A stretch of 27,269 nucleotides of DNA from a virus. Taxonomy: Duplodnaviria > Heunggongvirae > Uroviricota > Caudoviricetes. A program made the translations under genes and the position numbers. How positions within the stretch are numbered: position 1 is the stretch's first letter; each line of letters begins with the position of its first letter. Shown piece after piece: positions 23,557 to 27,269 of this stretch. The stretch is taken from IMG/VR virus record IMGVR_UViG_2617270980_000004, positions 1 through 27,269 of that record; one strand, 5' to 3'. The notes below the pieces were generated by a model that was given only the letters and a program-made list of their open reading frames with translations, was not told the DNA's origin and made no database searches.

Positions 23557-25494
23557 GTGACTCTTAAACGGGCCTGTTCCCTGCTGACGGTGAAATCCTT
23601 CAGTGAGGATGAACGGGTGATCACCGGGATTGCGTCAACGCCTTCTCCGGATCGGGATGGTGACATCCTGGAGCCGGAGGGCGCGGAGTTTGGCAGTGCG
23701 ATCCCGTTTCTCTGGCAGCATGACCATTCCCGCCCGGTGGGGCAGTGTACGGTGCGTCGGGTCAGCGAAGGGCTGGAAATCACGGCAACACTGGTGAAGC
23801 CCGTACCGGATATGCCGTCGCAACTGGCTGCCCGGCTGGATGAGGTCTGGGCGGCCATTAAGACCGGGCTGGTCAGGGGGCTGTCCGTGGGCTTCCGTCC
23901 CCATGAATACACCTTTCTGGACGGAGGCGGACTGCATTTTCTGCGCTGGGAACTGATGGAGGTGTCTGCCGTCACCGTGCCCGCGAATGCGGAATGCACC
24001 ATCCGGACCATTAAATCTTACGACCGCCCGTTTTCTGCCGCGTCCGGCAACCGGAAACCGGTGGTGAAAATCGCATCTTCTGCCGGCGCTGCGGCACAGT
24101 CAACAACCGTTTTTCATAAGGAAAAGACCATAATGAATATTGGCGAACAGATTAAAAGTTTTGAAAACAAGCGTGCAGCGCTGGCAGCCTCCCTTGAGGA
24201 GGTCATGACCAAAGCCGCAGAGGAAGGGCGCACGCTGGATGTGGAGGAGGAAGAGCATTACGACAACACCGCAGCGGAAATCCGTCAGGTGGATGCGCAC
24301 CTGAAGCGCCTGCGTGAACTGGAAGCCGGTAAGGCCGCCACGGCGCAGCCGGTGAAACAGGCCGGTAACGGGAATGTGGCCGCGGTGGCTTCTGCGCCGG
24401 TGATCCGTGTGGAGCAGAAACTGGATAAGGGGATTGGCTTCGCCCGCTTTGCCAAATCGCTGGCTGCGGCTAAAGGCGTCCGATCTGAAGCCCTGGAAGT
24501 GGCCCGTCGTCAGTATCCGGATGACAGTCGTCTGCATCATGTCCTGAAATCGGCAGTGGGCGCGGGGACCACCACGGATCCGCAGTGGGCAGGCAGCCTG
24601 TCTGAATATCAGGAATACGCACAGGACTTTATTGATTACCTGCGTCCGCAGACCATTATCGGGCGATTTGGTCAGGGCGGGATCCCTGCACTTCGTCAGG
24701 TGCCATTCAATATCCGTGTGCACGCCCAGGTGTCCGGCGGTGCTGCCGGCTGGGTGGGTGAGGGTAAGGCAAAACCCCTGACGAAGTTTGATTTTGAATC
24801 CATCACCTTCAGTCATGCGAAGGTGTCGGCCATTGCGGTACTGACGGAAGAATTGATCCGTTTTTCCAGTCCGGCTGCTGATGCACTGGTCCGTAATGCG
24901 CTGGCGGAAGCGGTGGTGGCGCGTCTGGATACAGACTTTGTGGACCCGAAAAAAGCCGCAGTGGCAGATGTCTCCCCGGCGTCCATCACCCATGATGTGA
25001 AGGGCACGGCATCAACCGGTAACCCGGATGCGGATGCAGAGGCTGCGTTTGGACAGTTTGTGGCAGCAAACCTGCAGCCCACCGGTGCGGTCTGGCTGAT
25101 GTCCAGCACCAATGCCCTGGCACTGTCCATGCGTAAAAATGCGCTGGGTCAGAAGGAATACCCGGACATGACCCTGCTGGGTGGCTCCTTCCAGGGGCTG
25201 CCGGTGATTGTCTCCCAGTACGTGGGTGACCAGCTGGTGCTGGTGAATGCCCCGGATATTTATCTGGCGGATGACGGCGGCGTGGCAGTGGATATGTCCC
25301 GCGAGGCATCACTGGAAATGCAGTCTGAGCCGGGCGGCGACAGTACCACGCCGTCCCCGGTGGAGCTGGTTTCCATGTTCCAGACAGGCAGCGTGGCCAT
25401 CCGTGCGGAGCGCTGGATCAACTGGCGTCGTCGCCGTACCGCGGCGGTGGCGGTGATCACCGGAGTGAACTACGGCAGTGCGTCCGGCGGCTGA
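23557..25494 (+). CDS. fused prohead protease (S78/U35-like) and major capsid protein (HK97 fold), with a central coiled-coil scaffold-like linker
   Basis: GTG start 5 nt after AGGAGG; N-terminal protease-like segment (ERVITGIASTPSPDRDGDILEPEGAEF...WQHDHSRPVG), coiled-coil middle, C-terminal capsid-like 300 aa. Confidence 0.75.
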   Translation: MTLKRACSLLTVKSFSEDERVITGIASTPSPDRDGDILEPEGAEFGSAIPFLWQHDHSRPVGQCTVRRVSEGLEITATLVKPVPDMPSQLAARLDEVWAAIKTGLVRGLSVGFRPHEYTFLDGGGLHFLRWELMEVSAVTVPANAECTIRTIKSYDRPFSAASGNRKPVVKIASSAGAAAQSTTVFHKEKTIMNIGEQIKSFENKRAALAASLEEVMTKAAEEGRTLDVEEEEHYDNTAAEIRQVDAHLKRLRELEAGKAATAQPVKQAGNGNVAAVASAPVIRVEQKLDKGIGFARFAKSLAAAKGVRSEALEVARRQYPDDSRLHHVLKSAVGAGTTTDPQWAGSLSEYQEYAQDFIDYLRPQTIIGRFGQGGIPALRQVPFNIRVHAQVSGGAAGWVGEGKAKPLTKFDFESITFSHAKVSAIAVLTEELIRFSSPAADALVRNALAEAVVARLDTDFVDPKKAAVADVSPASITHDVKGTASTGNPDADAEAAFGQFVAANLQPTGAVWLMSSTNALALSMRKNALGQKEYPDMTLLGGSFQGLPVIVSQYVGDQLVLVNAPDIYLADDGGVAVDMSREASLEMQSEPGGDSTTPSPVELVSMFQTGSVAIRAERWINWRRRRTAAVAVITGVNYGSASGG

Positions 25495-25538
25495 GTCTGA
25501 TAAGGAGGACGGGAGGCGTGCGCCTCCCGTAACAGGTT

Positions 25539-25760
25539 ATGGCAAAGATCCGATATCTGCAGGGCACGCATGATGCCCGGGCCGGGGATATCCGTGATGT
25601 GGCACAGCCGTGTGCGGAGGTGCTGGTTCGCCTGGGAAAGGCGGAGTACATCACGGTGCGACGTCCGGCAGGTCAGAAAAAGAAACGTGATGCGGAGCAT
25701 GGCGAATGTGGAACCTTTTACGGCGAACCCGAAAAAACCAGAAATCAGGACGTGACGTAA
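25539..25760 (+). CDS. hypothetical small head-module protein, 73 aa
   Basis: ORF between the capsid and portal genes; its 3' end overlaps the portal start by 55 nt. Confidence 0.4.
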   Translation: MAKIRYLQGTHDARAGDIRDVAQPCAEVLVRLGKAEYITVRRPAGQKKKRDAEHGECGTFYGEPEKTRNQDVT

Positions 25761-27269
25761 GAGAGGCGGGCTGGACCAGCCTGTTTCAGGCGGTGGCTGA
25801 GCCCTTTTCCGGCGCCTGGCAGCAGGGCGTGAAAGCCGATCCTGAAGCCGTCCTCTCCTTTCATGCGGTGTTTGCATGTATTTCGCTGATATCCCAGGAT
25901 ATCGCCAAAATGCGGCTGCGTCTTATGCAGACGGATGCGCATGGGATACGCAGGGAAACGCGCCGGGGGGATATTGCCCGCCTCTGTCGTCGTCCCAACG
26001 CCCAGCAGAACCGCATCCAGTTTTTTGAACTGTGGCTGAACGCCAAACTGCGTCACGGCAATACGGTGGTGCTGAAAATCCGTAATGCCCGGGGGCAGAT
26101 CAAAGAACTGCGTATTCTGGACTGGAGCCGGGTTGAACCTCTGGTGGCGGATGACGGCGAGGTGTTCTACCGCATCACGCCGGACCGGAACTGCGGGATC
26201 ACGGAGGCGGTGACGGTGCCTGCCCGGGAAGTGATCCACGACCGGTTTAACTGTTTTTTTCATCCGCTTATAGGATTGCCGCCGGTGTATGCCGCCGGGC
26301 TGGCGGCCACGCAGGGGCATCATATTCAGGAAAATTCGACGTCTTTTTTCAGAAATGGTGGCAGGCCGTCCGGGGTGATTGAGATCCCCGGCAGTATTAC
26401 GGAAGAAAATGCGAAAAAACTGAAGAGCAACTGGGACAGCGGGTATACAGGCGAAAATGCGGGGAAAACGGCCATTCTGAGCAACGGGGCAAAATACAAC
26501 CCCACGACGTTTTCACCTGTGGATGCGCAGACGGTGGAACAACTGAAGATGACCGCTGAAATTGTCTGTTCGGTGTTCCGTGTCCCGGCCTACAAGATTG
26601 GCGTGGGACAACCGCCTTCCAGTGACAACGTGGAGGCGCTGGAGCAGCAGTATTATTCCCAGTGCCTGCAGACGCTGATTGAGTCCATTGAACTGTTACT
26701 GGATGAGGCGCTGGAAACGGGGGAAAACGAGAGTACAGAATTTGATGTCACCACGCTGCTGAGAATGGACAGTGAGCGGCGCATGAAAACGCTGGGGGAT
26801 GCGGTGAAAAATACGCTTCTCACGCCCAATGAGGCCCGTAAACGGGAGAACCTGCCGCCCCTGGCCGGCGGTGATGCACTGTATCTTCAGCAGCAGAACT
26901 ACAGTCTGGAGGCGCTGTCCCGTCGTGATGCCCGTGAGGATCCGTTCTCGTCTGCCGGGAAAACAGTTTCATCACAGCTGCCTGACGGCGCATCTGACGG
27001 TAATAAGGCAATCAGTGAAACAGAGCATGATGCGGTGAAAGCGATGTTCAGGGGGGATACTGAGAAAATGACGGAACGGGAACTGTCCATTATTCGTGCA
27101 CTGGGAGAAGAATTCTCCACAGTGCTGGCGGATTTACAGCGCACATTTGAGGGGAAGATGGCCTCGCAGGCACAAGCGTTTGAAGAGAAACTGACTTCCC
27201 TGTCGGCGGTATTACAGAAGCATGTGACGGTGGATGAGGTGCGTCCGGTTCTGCAGGCGATGGTGGATG
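25706..27269 (+). CDS. portal protein (HK97-family), 3' partial: runs off the window end
   Basis: Hand translation of the frame opening at ATG 25706 shows portal hallmarks (SFHAVFACISLISQDIAKMRL; FFRNGGRPSGVIEIPGSITEENAKKLKSNWDSGYTGENAGKTAILSNGAKYNP...PVDAQ); no stop before 27269. Absent from the ORF track because it is incomplete. Confidence 0.8.
   Translation, partial: MWNLLRRTRKNQKSGRDVREAGWTSLFQAVAEPFSGAWQQGVKADPEAVLSFHAVFACISLISQDIAKMRLRLMQTDAHGIRRETRRGDIARLCRRPNAQQNRIQFFELWLNAKLRHGNTVVLKIRNARGQIKELRILDWSRVEPLVADDGEVFYRITPDRNCGITEAVTVPAREVIHDRFNCFFHPLIGLPPVYAAGLAATQGHHIQENSTSFFRNGGRPSGVIEIPGSITEENAKKLKSNWDSGYTGENAGKTAILSNGAKYNPTTFSPVDAQTVEQLKMTAEIVCSVFRVPAYKIGVGQPPSSDNVEALEQQYYSQCLQTLIESIELLLDEALETGENESTEFDVTTLLRMDSERRMKTLGDAVKNTLLTPNEARKRENLPPLAGGDALYLQQQNYSLEALSRRDAREDPFSSAGKTVSSQLPDGASDGNKAISETEHDAVKAMFRGDTEKMTERELSIIRALGEEFSTVLADLQRTFEGKMASQAQAFEEKLTSLSAVLQKHVTVDEVRPVLQAMVD

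Noticed and set aside
24100-24993. 297-aa ORF on the minus strand
   Set aside because: Lies entirely antisense within the protease-capsid gene in GC-rich sequence; Arg/His-rich low-complexity translation typical of a shadow ORF.
25745-26323. 192-aa ORF on the minus strand
   Set aside because: Antisense to the portal gene, whose plus-strand translation carries clear portal motifs; a shadow ORF.
1-27269. CRISPR arrays
   Set aside because: No array of regularly spaced direct repeats with unique spacers was seen; the only repeat clusters are the origin iterons, the operator sites and the cos-region motifs.

Overview
This window reads as most of a lambdoid, Stx-phage-like prophage of an Escherichia-type host, with no Shiga toxin genes present. 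All calls are from reading the sequence and from recalled family motifs; no database search was run. Left to right: the right end of an IS3-family insertion sequence (1-834); three small leftward early genes; an immunity region in which a short HTH repressor lacking a LexA-like cleavage domain is followed directly by a 63-aa antitoxin and a ParE/RelE toxin; divergent Cro-like and YdaT-like genes; an O-like initiator with internal iterons; a lambda P-like helicase loader; two winged-helix genes; a nin-region cargo block (QueH-like Fe-S protein, C5-cytosine methyltransferase, NgoMIV/Cfr10I-like restriction endonuclease); a DUF968-like protein, RusA and antiterminator Q; a PR'/tR' region; an amino-methyltransferase; two tRNAs (CAU and UCU anticodons); a 1.5-kb AT-rich cargo island at the position where stxAB sits in Stx phages; NanS-p-like esterase; a lysis cassette (S21-type pinholin, YdfR-like gene, antisense ORF, SAR endolysin, small hydrophobic ORFs, Rz/Rz1); and an HK97-type packaging/head module (HNH, cos-like palindromes, TerS, TerL, protease-capsid fusion, portal running off the window end). 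The most promising places for undescribed biology are the cargo island at the stx-equivalent site, the tandem small membrane peptide genes between endolysin and spanin, the QueH-like gene beside the restriction-modification pair, and the antisense ORF inside the lysis cassette.
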